A stretch of 64,000 nucleotides of DNA, from the NCBI GenBank assembly GCA_963668025.2, contig CAXXTH010000021.1, positions 32,001 to 96,000 of the forward strand, in the 5' to 3' direction. The stretch's first letter is position 1; every line of letters starts with the position of its first letter. The notes under the pieces were generated by a model. The model was not told the DNA's origin and searched no databases. It saw only the letters and a program-made list of their open reading frames with translations. A program made the translations under genes and the position numbers. Below are positions 1-8,065 of this stretch, piece after piece. This DNA comes from Candidatus Hydrogenedentota bacterium. GTDB lineage: Bacteria > Hydrogenedentota > Hydrogenedentia > Hydrogenedentales > SLHB01.

Positions 1-2
1 TG

Positions 3-131
3 CGCGCGGATGGAGTGAATGAACCGTGGCGGGAAACCGCCGCGGCATGGTATGAGCAATATGCCGGTGCGCGCTATGGCCCCCAGCCAGAAAGCGCCGT
101 CCTGGAGCGTCTTTTGTTGCAAAAACATTAA
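3..131 (+). CDS. 3' end of a gene truncated by the window edge (possibly a DUF4129-like C-terminus)
   Basis: Open frame RADGVNEPWRETAAAWYEQYAGARYGPQPESAVLERLLLQKH* ends at TAA 129-131. The Y..ARYG ending resembles DUF4129 tails. Confidence 0.45.
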   Translation, partial: RADGVNEPWRETAAAWYEQYAGARYGPQPESAVLERLLLQKH

Positions 132-150
132 TATTTAAATATTATAATTT

Positions 151-226
151 TCTCACGCAAAGCCGCAAAGGCGCAAAGAAACCTCGTCATGCTCCCCCCT
201 TTGCGCCTTTGCGCCTTTGCGTGAGA
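151..226. repeat. GxxExxY-associated palindrome R1
   Basis: TCTCACGCAAAGCCGCAAAGGCGCAAAG-AAACCTCGTCATGCTCCCCC-CTTTGCGCCTTTGCGCCTTTGCGTGAGA: triple 8-bp unit, loop, inverted copy. Confidence 0.95.
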
Positions 227-586
227 AATTCCTCCTGCAATCCATTCACCACCCGCTGTATCCCGTCCTTGATAAGCTCTTCTCCGAAATTCACCAATAA
301 GCCAAGCCGTTTATCCGTCAAACGGAGATAGGTGAGGAGTTGTTTGGCATGGACCGGTGCGATTTTCTCCACGGACTTCAGTTCAATGATGAGCGTATCT
401 TCTACGATGAGATCGGCGCGGAAACCTTCCTCGAATTGCTGGACCTCCCAGATAATAGGGACAGCAGCCTGCCGGTGTACTCGTAGTCCTCGATTCTCCA
501 ATTCATGCACCAACACGGCCTGGTCCAAGCCTGGTGTGAATATAGTAACAGGCGTCCACGACCGATTTGGCGATCTCGTTTTCAGT
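187..586 (-). pseudogene. GxxExxY protein copy 1 (PD-(D/E)xK-like), IS-disrupted and frameshifted
   Basis: FRADLIVEDTLIIELKSVE...QLLTYL...GLLVNFG motifs. Near-identical to 5217-5599 but with a 23-bp deletion removing the LLESVYE codons. Its ATG is displaced to 3273-3275 by the IS200 insertion. Confidence 0.9.
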
Positions 587-591
587 GCGAC

Positions 592-2616
592 CTAGCCCAT
601 TTTCCGCAGTTGAGGCAAAGGAGGTTGGCGTTTTCTAGGAAAATTGGAGATTTCGGCGGGTTTTCGCCACTACATTTGGGATCGACTTTGGTTTATTGGG
701 CAGGGGAAGGTCGAGTTTCTGGAGTAGGAGCGCGAGGCGCTGCTCGGGCTTGCTGACGGTGCGCAGGCGTAACTCTGTGCCTTGGCCGGTAGGCAAGACC
801 ACGTCCAAGGAACGGACTTCGGCCATCTCTTCGAGGAGTTTTCGGGGCGCGGCGCCGAGGCCGGCGCCGTCCATCCATTGCTGGAGAGTCCGCCACATCA
901 CGAGGGCAAGGAAGCACACGAGGATGTGTGCTTGGGTCCGGCGTTCTCTGTGATGGAAGATGGGCCTGAGGCCGAGGTCGTGCTTGCTGATGCGAAAGCT
1001 GTCCTCGATCTGCGTGAGGCCGATGTAGGCTTTCCAGAGTTGCTTTGGGTCGTGGTTCTGGAGGTTGGTGCGCAGCAGGTAGCAGCCGTCGGTAAGTTCG
1101 GCCCATTCGCGATGGGCGGGGTCTTGGGTGATGGCGATGGCGAGGCGCTTGCCGCTTTTGTGTTTGGGGTCGTCTTGTTCGCGGATGGCCACTTGGAAGA
1201 AGCGGGCGGCGCGGGAGTACTTCTGGAAGCACCGGCCCACGTGGCGTTCAGCGGCGCCGCGGTCGCGCAGGGCGCGTGTGCCGGCGTCGATGCGCGCTTT
1301 GAGCCGGTTGAGTTCAGCCTCGAGCTTCACGCGCTGTTTCTCGCGTATGGCCCGTTCTTTTTCGATGCGGCCGCGCGAGCGACAGAGCACGAAGGTCTCG
1401 TCTTCGTCCTCGGGCGAGGGGCGGAGTTTCACCTCCACCTCGGGCTCCACTTGCTCCCAACCCTGTTCCAAGAGGTCACGCTCGAACTGTTTGAGCATGC
1501 TTTTGGGCGTGCCCACGAGATAGCTCGCCTTGGCCTCGCGCAGCATCTCGAGGTTGTCCTCGCTCACCATGCCGCGGTCCATGACCCACGTGCGGCGCTC
1601 GTGGCCGTACTTCGTGCGCATGGCCTCCACCATCTCCTCCACCGTGGTCACGTCCCTGCGGTTGCCGTCGAAGACCTCGTAGGCCAGGGGAAGTCCCTCC
1701 GGCGTGGCCACCAGCGCAATGCAGACCTGCACGCAATCGGGCCGCTTGTCCCGGGAGTAGCCTCGTTTCGCTTGAGGGTTGTCCCCCGCCTGCCCCTCGA
1801 AGTACGTCGACGTGATGTCGTAGAGCAGGATGTCGAAGGTGGCGCCAAACAGCTCGCCATAGACCTTCTGGAAGTGACCGAAGAGCGCGTCCTTGTGGGG
1901 CAGCAGCGCGTCGAGAGCCCGGTACAGACGGTCCTCATTCACCTTCTCCGGCGCCACGTCGAGGATATCCTCCAAGGCCGTCTTGCCATACCACGACTCG
2001 GCGATGTGCAACTCCGACGACGGCGCGCAGAACCGCGCCAACGTGAGGATACAAGCCATTACGCCCCACGGGATCTCCTCGCGGCCTGGCGCCATGGCTT
2101 CGTCGAAAAACGTATCCAGCTTAAGCCGCCGCCACAACGCCAGCCCCAAGTAGACCTCGCCGAAACGGTGTAACCGTTCCACCCGCACCCGAGACGTGTC
2201 CACCGTCGCCCACGCCGGCGGTTCCGGCTCGACTTCGAGCAAGTCCCGCTGATGCACCCGGCCATCGAGGATCTCCCCGATGTGCTCCCAGCCCACCCGC
2301 GCTTCCTCATCCAGGCCCGGCAGCTTCCCGATGGTGGCCACCGTCCGCTGGCGCGGCCCATTCGCCGTGCGCACCGACTCCACGAGCGACCAATACTCGT
2401 AGGTCACGCCATCGAAGGTCTTCCGATTCGGCTTGAGAAACACGATGCCAGAGCCTCCCAACTGGCACTCATGATCTCACGCGCTGGCCCGCGTAACAAG
2501 GGGGTTTTCGCCACTACACGGAAATCCTACCAGCACGCAAGACCAACAAAGGACTTACAGCCGAAAAGACGCTCAAAACCAGAAAAAAGACGGCCTTACT
2601 GCGGAAAATGGGCTAG
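592..2616 (-). mobile_element. IS1634-family insertion sequence
   Basis: Perfect 19-bp inverted ends CTAGCCCATTTTCCGCAGT (592-610) and ACTGCGGAAAATGGGCTAG (2598-2616); the CTAG may be a duplicated target. Encloses one transposase. Confidence 0.9.
635..2443 (-). CDS. IS1634-family DDE transposase
   Basis: YWSLVESVRT..GPRQR N-terminus, LLYDITSTYFEG, GYSRDKRPDC, VMDRGM, IEDSFR..K.DL.LRPIFH...RTQAHILVCFLAL. Likely GTG start at 2443. Confidence 0.92.
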   Translation of the reverse strand: MFLKPNRKTFDGVTYEYWSLVESVRTANGPRQRTVATIGKLPGLDEEARVGWEHIGEILDGRVHQRDLLEVEPEPPAWATVDTSRVRVERLHRFGEVYLGLALWRRLKLDTFFDEAMAPGREEIPWGVMACILTLARFCAPSSELHIAESWYGKTALEDILDVAPEKVNEDRLYRALDALLPHKDALFGHFQKVYGELFGATFDILLYDITSTYFEGQAGDNPQAKRGYSRDKRPDCVQVCIALVATPEGLPLAYEVFDGNRRDVTTVEEMVEAMRTKYGHERRTWVMDRGMVSEDNLEMLREAKASYLVGTPKSMLKQFERDLLEQGWEQVEPEVEVKLRPSPEDEDETFVLCRSRGRIEKERAIREKQRVKLEAELNRLKARIDAGTRALRDRGAAERHVGRCFQKYSRAARFFQVAIREQDDPKHKSGKRLAIAITQDPAHREWAELTDGCYLLRTNLQNHDPKQLWKAYIGLTQIEDSFRISKHDLGLRPIFHHRERRTQAHILVCFLALVMWRTLQQWMDGAGLGAAPRKLLEEMAEVRSLDVVLPTGQGTELRLRTVSKPEQRLALLLQKLDLPLPNKPKSIPNVVAKTRRNLQFS

Positions 2617-2725
2617 AAACCCACGTCCTTTGGACGTGGTCATAGGGCCTTTGGCTCAGCCTGTTTGAGCCCATCGGCATCCCCTACACTCGTGTTGTTC
2701 CGCAACACCGAGGAAGGAGATGCCA

Positions 2726-3160
2726 ATGAGTCGTTTCCGCAAATTATCACATGCGATATGGTATTGCCAATATCACATGGTATGGGTGCCCAAATACCGC
2801 TACCGGGTTTTGACGGGACCGGTGGGCAAGGAGGTCTACACCTGTATCCAAATGTTCTGTGGGCAGCAAGGATGCGAGGTGCTCGAATTGAATGTACAGC
2901 CCGAGCACGTGCATTTGCTTGTGATGGTTCCGCCAAAGGTGTCGATATCGGATCTGGCGGGCATTTTGAAGGGGCGTACGGCGATCCGGATATTCAAGCA
3001 GTTTCCGCATTTGAAAAAGAAGCCCTATTGGGGCAATCATTTCTGGGCACCTGGATATTGCGTGGATACCGTGGGGCTTAACGAAGAAATGATCCGCAAG
3101 TACGTGAAGTTCCAGGAAGAAGCGGAACGTCACGATGAACAGCTAAAATTGAAGTACTGA
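2726..3160 (+). CDS. tnpA: IS200/IS605 Y1 (HUH) transposase
   Basis: YHMVWVPKYR, EHVHLL (HUH), LKGRT, FWAPGYCVDTVG and IRKYVKFQE (catalytic Tyr). RBS AGGAAGGA upstream. Confidence 0.95.
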   Translation: MSRFRKLSHAIWYCQYHMVWVPKYRYRVLTGPVGKEVYTCIQMFCGQQGCEVLELNVQPEHVHLLVMVPPKVSISDLAGILKGRTAIRIFKQFPHLKKKPYWGNHFWAPGYCVDTVGLNEEMIRKYVKFQEEAERHDEQLKLKY

Positions 3161-3299
3161 ACCAAGCGGTGTTGCGGAACACAACCCACGCTTGCATCCT
3201 TTGGGTGCAAGCACTCAGCCACTCTCTGAGTGGCCAAAGCAAAGCCACGTCCTCTGGGCGTGGTTTTTTACTCATGCCGTCTCTCCCGATACTTTTTTA

Positions 3300-3375
3300 T
3301 CTCACGCAAAGGCGCAAAGGCGCAAAGAAACCTCGTCATGCTCCCCCCTTTGCGCCTTAGCGCCTTTGCGTGAGA
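3300..3375. repeat. GxxExxY-associated palindrome R2
   Basis: Same arms and same 20-nt loop as R1, in the same orientation. Confidence 0.95.
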
Positions 3376-3388
3376 AATTCTTTTCGTA

Positions 3389-5053
3389 TCAATTAGCCGG
3401 GATAGCTCCCGACTTTTTTAGCTCTTCTATTTGTTGATCTGGAGGCAATACAAAAGAAAAATCAAAGTTTAGTTCAGCAATTTGTCCATTCCGCAGAGTC
3501 ACGCGCTGGCAAATCGGTTCCGGATCATAAGTAACTCCTGGGATTGTGCATCCAAGTCCACAACTACAGAAACCAATCACATCGTACTCTCCAGGAGGCA
3601 AATTCAGGATCTCGTACTGGTTTTCGCCGACGGGACACCATGTTCTAGCGACGAGTCCATTATCATTCCCGTTGCCTGCCGATTCTGTATTGTCTACCCA
3701 AATGGTTGGCGCTGTACCGGCTTTATAGACTCGGACGATATAGGAGAAATCACTTACTTTAGTATAAGTGCCCCGGATGCCACATGAGCCCATGATGTCT
3801 ATGTTCGCTCGCACCGTTTCTCCCGGCGGCACATTGACTATCATACAGTTTACAGATGTCGTTTGTGCAACGACGTGAACATCCGAGAACGTGTATTCCG
3901 CTTGAACCTGGTACAAAGCAGCAGACAGATTCTCTATAGTAAAGGAGCCATCTGTTAATATGTTGGGATTTGCTATTCTTTTACTACGGACATTGCCATC
4001 GGGATCAAGCTGCGTTATCGAGACCTTCACATGCTTCGCTAGAGGTATTCCGTCTTTTACCGCATCGTCCTTGAGCGGAACTCCATTCATGGTGACATAA
4101 CCTTCGATGCGTCCAAATCCATCCAGGTAGATAATGCCCAGGTCGGTGTCTTCGCCGGAGGTTATCGTGATGTCCGGCAGTTCCTGGGTCACATAGCCAA
4201 ATGATGCGACGGATATCTTCGCCACGCCGGGCTCCAGATGGGTGATCTGAAAACGCCCGTCCCCCAAGTCACACTTGGGTACGCCCGTTGAACCATCCGC
4301 GCCATCGTTTCGAGTTAATTCCAGCACGCACGAATGAAAATCGTCGAAAGGTTTCTTGGAGTAACTCTTGCACACCTGCCCCGAGATACTACCCAGTTTG
4401 ATCACATGCACTTGCAGCTTTTTGTTGCTGGGCTCCATTCCTGTGAGATGGCCCTCTTGGTATTCCTCGTGGGTGAAGCTCAACGCGAGTTTGCCCTCCG
4501 GCAGACCAATCAAGCGAAAATCGCCTTTGGCATTGGTGGTGGTTTTCGCGAATATCCCGTTGGCGCCGCCGACGAGCGCCACTTGGACGCCTTCGACGGG
4601 GGCATCGGATATAGAGTCCTTCACATTCCCTGCGATAACGCTCTTTTCCGGATTGGGAATGCGCACGTTTACGTTCTCGATAGGCTCGTTTTCCCGCAAC
4701 GTACAGGCACGGTTTTGGGCGGGCAGCCGGTACAAGGTGGTGTCTTGCATGCAAGACACATAGAACAGATATCTCCCAGGGGCGATATCATGAATGCTGA
4801 ACCGGCCTTCAGGATCGCACTGGACAGGGATAGAGGCTTGCACGCCCTCGGAACTGGCGAGTTCCACCCAGACGCCCTCGATCGCTTTACCCGAGGTATC
4901 CGTCACCTGGCCCGTCACCCAGGTATCGTCTGGCGTCTCTGGCGAAGCCGTAACTTGCGCGGCTTGCAAGGCTTCATGCGGTGTACAGACCAAGAACACC
5001 AAAAGCCCGGCCGCCGCCCCAATAGCCAGCATGGATGCAATACGTAATCGCAT
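3389..5053 (-). CDS. Membrane-anchored or secreted protein with repeated carboxypeptidase-regulatory-like beta-sandwich domains
   Basis: N-terminal hydrophobic segment, then repeats of G.V.D..G.P(I/V)EGV.V...T...G.F.(I/L)..L..G.Y. Start taken at ATG 5053 because the longer ORF runs through palindrome R3. Confidence 0.8.
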   Translation of the reverse strand: MRLRIASMLAIGAAAGLLVFLVCTPHEALQAAQVTASPETPDDTWVTGQVTDTSGKAIEGVWVELASSEGVQASIPVQCDPEGRFSIHDIAPGRYLFYVSCMQDTTLYRLPAQNRACTLRENEPIENVNVRIPNPEKSVIAGNVKDSISDAPVEGVQVALVGGANGIFAKTTTNAKGDFRLIGLPEGKLALSFTHEEYQEGHLTGMEPSNKKLQVHVIKLGSISGQVCKSYSKKPFDDFHSCVLELTRNDGADGSTGVPKCDLGDGRFQITHLEPGVAKISVASFGYVTQELPDITITSGEDTDLGIIYLDGFGRIEGYVTMNGVPLKDDAVKDGIPLAKHVKVSITQLDPDGNVRSKRIANPNILTDGSFTIENLSAALYQVQAEYTFSDVHVVAQTTSVNCMIVNVPPGETVRANIDIMGSCGIRGTYTKVSDFSYIVRVYKAGTAPTIWVDNTESAGNGNDNGLVARTWCPVGENQYEILNLPPGEYDVIGFCSCGLGCTIPGVTYDPEPICQRVTLRNGQIAELNFDFSFVLPPDQQIEELKKSGAIPAN

Positions 5054-5140
5054 GGCTTGCCCTTTCTGTACCGGTAAAATTCCGTTTGCCAGCGTAAGGT
5101 GACGTCTTGATGATGCACAGGGATTGGCCGGTTTTTTTAG

Positions 5141-5214
5141 CTCACGCAAAGGCGCAAAGGCGCAAAGAAACCTCGTCATGCTCCCCCCTTTGCGCCTTTG
5201 CGCCTTTGCGTGAG
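5141..5214. repeat. GxxExxY-associated palindrome R3
   Basis: Perfect arms CTCACGCAAAGGCGCAAAGGCGCAAAG and inverse, same loop. Confidence 0.95.
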
Positions 5215-5216
5215 AC

Positions 5217-5599
5217 TTACTCCTGCAATCCATTCACCACCCGCTTTATCCCGTCCTTGATAAGCTCTGCCCCGAAATTCACCAATAAGCCAAGCCGTTT
5301 ATCCGTCAAACGGAGATAGGTGAGGAGTTGTTTGGCATGGACCGGCGCGATTTTTTCCACGGACTTCAGTTCAATGATGAGCGTATCTTCGACGATGAGA
5401 TCGGCGCGGAAACCTTCCTCGAATTGCTGGCCCTCCCAGATAATAGGGACAGCAGCCTGCCGGTACACTCGTAGTCCTCGGTTCTCCAATTCATGCGCCA
5501 AACGGCCTCGTAGACCGACTCCAACAGGCCTGGTCCAAGCCTGGTATGAATATAGTAGCAGGCGTCCACGACCGATTTGGCTATTTCATTTTCAGTCAT
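5217..5599 (-). pseudogene. GxxExxY protein copy 2, frameshifted
   Basis: MTENEIAKSVVDACYYIHTRLGPGLLESVYEAV in one frame and AHELENRGL...VVNGLQE* in another. One base is missing near 5500 relative to copy 1 (CAAACGG vs CAACACGG); a sequencing error cannot be excluded. Confidence 0.88.
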
Positions 5600-5622
5600 G
5601 CCGTCTCTCCCTGTTTTTTTAG

Positions 5623-5696
5623 CTCACGCAAAGGCGCTAAGGCGCAAAGAAACCTCGTCATCCTCCCCCCTTTGCGCCTTAGCGCCTTTGCGTGAG
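5623..5696. repeat. GxxExxY-associated palindrome R4
   Basis: Same element, with a compensatory change in both arms (GGCGCTAAGG / CCTTAGCGCC). Confidence 0.95.
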
Positions 5697-5877
5697 AAAT
5701 TCTTTCACCACCCGCTGTATCCTGTCTCTAGTAAGAGCCTCTTTATGGTCCGCAGCTCTGGAGCTTCCGTTTCGGATTTATCTCACCCTCCACTGGCCGA
5801 ACTTGACACAACCCCTTATATCGTTTAATATATTGGACACATACACTAGACGTCAAGTAGAAAGTGAGGTTGTGCAG

Positions 5878-6786
5878 ATGTTTGATGAGCGCCGCCTGTT
5901 TCGATCTCCGGGAGTGCTGGCCGGTATTTTGCTTGCGTTACTCGTAGTTTTGGCGGTATTGCTCTTTTTTGTATTTCCTCCGAAGAGCAATGATGTCGAC
6001 TTCACTTATATAGACACCTCGACGGAGGATTCATCATCTCTTCCCCTTGCAGACACTGAAACCGCTCGCGCCGTTTCCACGGCCGAGCGGTTTCCTGCAT
6101 GTGACGGGCTCCTGGCGGAGTACAAACAGGACGCCGAACGTTTTCTCGCGGATGTGGCGGCCTACCGCCAGTCGATGCCGGTGTATGAACAGTACATGCG
6201 ATTGCTGGAAGGCACCATCGCTCCCCTACAGACTAGAGGTGAACAATGTTTGGAAGAGTTGCGTAGAGCGGGAATGGAGCCCAAAGGCAGGGATTTTGCA
6301 GATGTAGAAGTACCTGTCATCAAGGCCTTCACGTATACCTTTAGCGATTTCTCCTTGGAGTTTTTGAAAGACGCTTCGTGCCGAAGGCTGAACGTCAAAG
6401 AAAAAGACCTAAGTGGATTATCGAATTTGATACAGAATCCCATTATTCAAAAGATCACTATAAATGCCGCTTGTCCGTTCACGGCGGGAACACCAGAGTA
6501 CAAGAAGTTCTATGCCAGATACGAACTGATATTAGTGAAGTTCACGCGTATGTGTACCCCAGCAGTATCGGCGCTGCCTCCCTATCTGGAAGAGCGAAGG
6601 CAGAAGCTGCTCAAACGGCGGGAGGCGTTGATTGTGTTCGCTCCGTTCCAGGAAGAAATGCTTCCGGAACCGGTGGATCCGTATAGCCGAAAGATCGAAG
6701 AAATCAGTCAAGGCTTGCCCGAGCGCGATGTACCACTGATCGTGATACGCTATAATATGAAATGGATATACCAGCGTTTGTTTTAG
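5878..6786 (+). CDS. Hypothetical protein with single N-terminal TM helix
   Basis: ATG after GAGGT; TM segment GVLAGILLALLVVLAVLLFFVF; TTGACA-17-TAATAT upstream (5803-5831). Family not recognised. Confidence 0.7.
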   Translation: MFDERRLFRSPGVLAGILLALLVVLAVLLFFVFPPKSNDVDFTYIDTSTEDSSSLPLADTETARAVSTAERFPACDGLLAEYKQDAERFLADVAAYRQSMPVYEQYMRLLEGTIAPLQTRGEQCLEELRRAGMEPKGRDFADVEVPVIKAFTYTFSDFSLEFLKDASCRRLNVKEKDLSGLSNLIQNPIIQKITINAACPFTAGTPEYKKFYARYELILVKFTRMCTPAVSALPPYLEERRQKLLKRREALIVFAPFQEEMLPEPVDPYSRKIEEISQGLPERDVPLIVIRYNMKWIYQRLF

Positions 6787-6889
6787 GCAATGGTTGATCA
6801 TCCGGATCTTGCACCACGAAAAACACAGCGTGGAATAGCCGCGTTTTTTTACCGCGAATGAACGCGAATGAACGCGAATATATCCTCTA

Positions 6890-6938
6890 AATAGTAGCAG
6901 GCGTCCACAACCGATTTGGCTATTTCACTTTCGGTCAT
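6890..6938 (-). pseudogene. 5' remnant of a third GxxExxY copy
   Basis: Encodes MTESEIAKSVVDACYY, matching the N-terminus of copy 2, then breaks off. Confidence 0.85.
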
Positions 6939-6963
6939 GATTTCTCGCCCAGCGGCTTTTTTA

Positions 6964-7030
6964 TCCCGAGCAAAGATGCGAAGGCGCAAAGAAGACTCGT
7001 CATACCCCCCCTTTTTGCGGCTTTGCGTGA
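6964..7030. repeat. Degenerate palindrome R5
   Basis: GCAAAGATGCGAAGGCGCAAAG-AAGACTCGTCATACCCCCC-...GCGGCTTTGCGTGA; the loop is homologous to R1-R4. Confidence 0.8.
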
Positions 7031-7231
7031 AACAAAAACAACTGGTAAAACCGCTTCCCATAGCATGGCGGAGAGAGCCACACAACGGGAAGCATGAAAA
7101 AACGCATGTCGTACCATTCATCCTTTTTTTCGATACGCTTGCCCTCTATTCCGGCTCTTTGAATTGTATCTCGCATCTGGAAGCCCGATCATGATAAAAT
7201 CATTCTTCCACCCGGGCCGGAGTATTTTCAA

Positions 7232-8065
7232 ATGAAGGAATTAAGGGCATTAGTGTATGAAGCGCTGGCTGAAGATATCGGCCAGGGCGATGTGACGACG
7301 GAAGCGATTATCCCATCGGATTCGCGCTGCCAAGCTTGGCTGATCGCCAAGCAAGACGGCGTATTGAGCGGGATGAAGGTGTTCCGCCTGGTTTTCGAGC
7401 TTCTCGATGCGGCGATTCGCGACTGGGAAGCGCTGTCTGACGGGGCATCTTTTACCAAGGGTCAGAAAATCGTAGGATTCGAGGGGAAGACGCGCGCCGT
7501 TCTTACAGGCGAGCGCCTTGCGTTGAATTTCGCGCAGCACTTGTCTGGTGTCGCGACTACGGCCGCCCAATACATGAAGGCTATTGAAGGATTGCCTGTC
7601 CGGGTATGCGATACGCGTAAAACCATGCCTTTGATGCGTAAACTCGAGAAGGACGCCGTCCGACATGGCGGCGCGACGAACCACCGGTATGCGCTGTTTG
7701 ATGGCGTGCTCATTAAGGAAAACCATATCACGGCGGCAGGCGGCATCAGGCCCGCCCTCGAGCGCGCGATTAATGGCACGCATCATTTGATGAAAGTCGG
7801 CATCGAGGTCACCAACCTGGCTGAATTCCGTGAAGCGGTGGATGCGGAAGCGGACGCCATTCTCTTGGACAATATGAGCCTGGAAGATATGCATGCGGCG
7901 GCCGAAATGGTCAAAGGCCGCAAAATTATCCTCGAGGCGAGCGGCAATGTCACTCTCGGAAATGTGCGCGCGGTGGCGGAGACAGGCGTCCATCTCATTT
8001 CCATCGGTGCGCTGACCCATTCGGCCCCTGCGGTCGATTTCTCTTTGATGATTCGGAATGCCTGA
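7232..8065 (+). CDS. nadC: Nicotinate-nucleotide pyrophosphorylase (quinolinate PRTase)
   Basis: ALAEDIGQGDVTT, ERLALN, DTRKT, NHR..L.D.VLIKENH, ILLDNM, EASGNVT, ISIGALTHS. Confidence 0.97.
   Translation: MKELRALVYEALAEDIGQGDVTTEAIIPSDSRCQAWLIAKQDGVLSGMKVFRLVFELLDAAIRDWEALSDGASFTKGQKIVGFEGKTRAVLTGERLALNFAQHLSGVATTAAQYMKAIEGLPVRVCDTRKTMPLMRKLEKDAVRHGGATNHRYALFDGVLIKENHITAAGGIRPALERAINGTHHLMKVGIEVTNLAEFREAVDAEADAILLDNMSLEDMHAAAEMVKGRKIILEASGNVTLGNVRAVAETGVHLISIGALTHSAPAVDFSLMIRNA

Larger units (their letters stand above)
587..3272 (+). mobile_element. IS200/IS605-family element (tnpA only) carrying a nested IS1634
   Basis: Removing 587-3272 restores TTTTCAGT|CATGCCGTCTCTCCC, identical to the uninterrupted copy around 5589-5611. 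No target duplication (1-bp junction ambiguity). Subterminal hairpins CCACGTCC-TTT-GGACGTGG (2621-2639) and CCACGTCC-TCT-GGGCGTGG (3245-3263). Confidence 0.88.

Noticed and set aside
782-2173. 463-aa plus-strand ORF
   Set aside because: Antisense shadow of the GC-rich IS1634 transposase, with no motifs. The same applies to long antisense ORFs over nadC, tig, clpX, queA and purD.
3160-3272. TnpB/omega-RNA system
   Set aside because: No tnpB or iscB ORF between tnpA and the right-end hairpin.
5054-5233. N-terminal extension SHAKAQRRK...LCAFAPLRE and similar short ORFs
   Set aside because: These are translations of the palindrome, not independent coding sequence.
151-7030. CRISPR array or integron
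   Set aside because: Repeats are ~75 bp with gene-sized irregular spacers. There are no cas genes, no integrase and no attC-type GTTRRRY ends.
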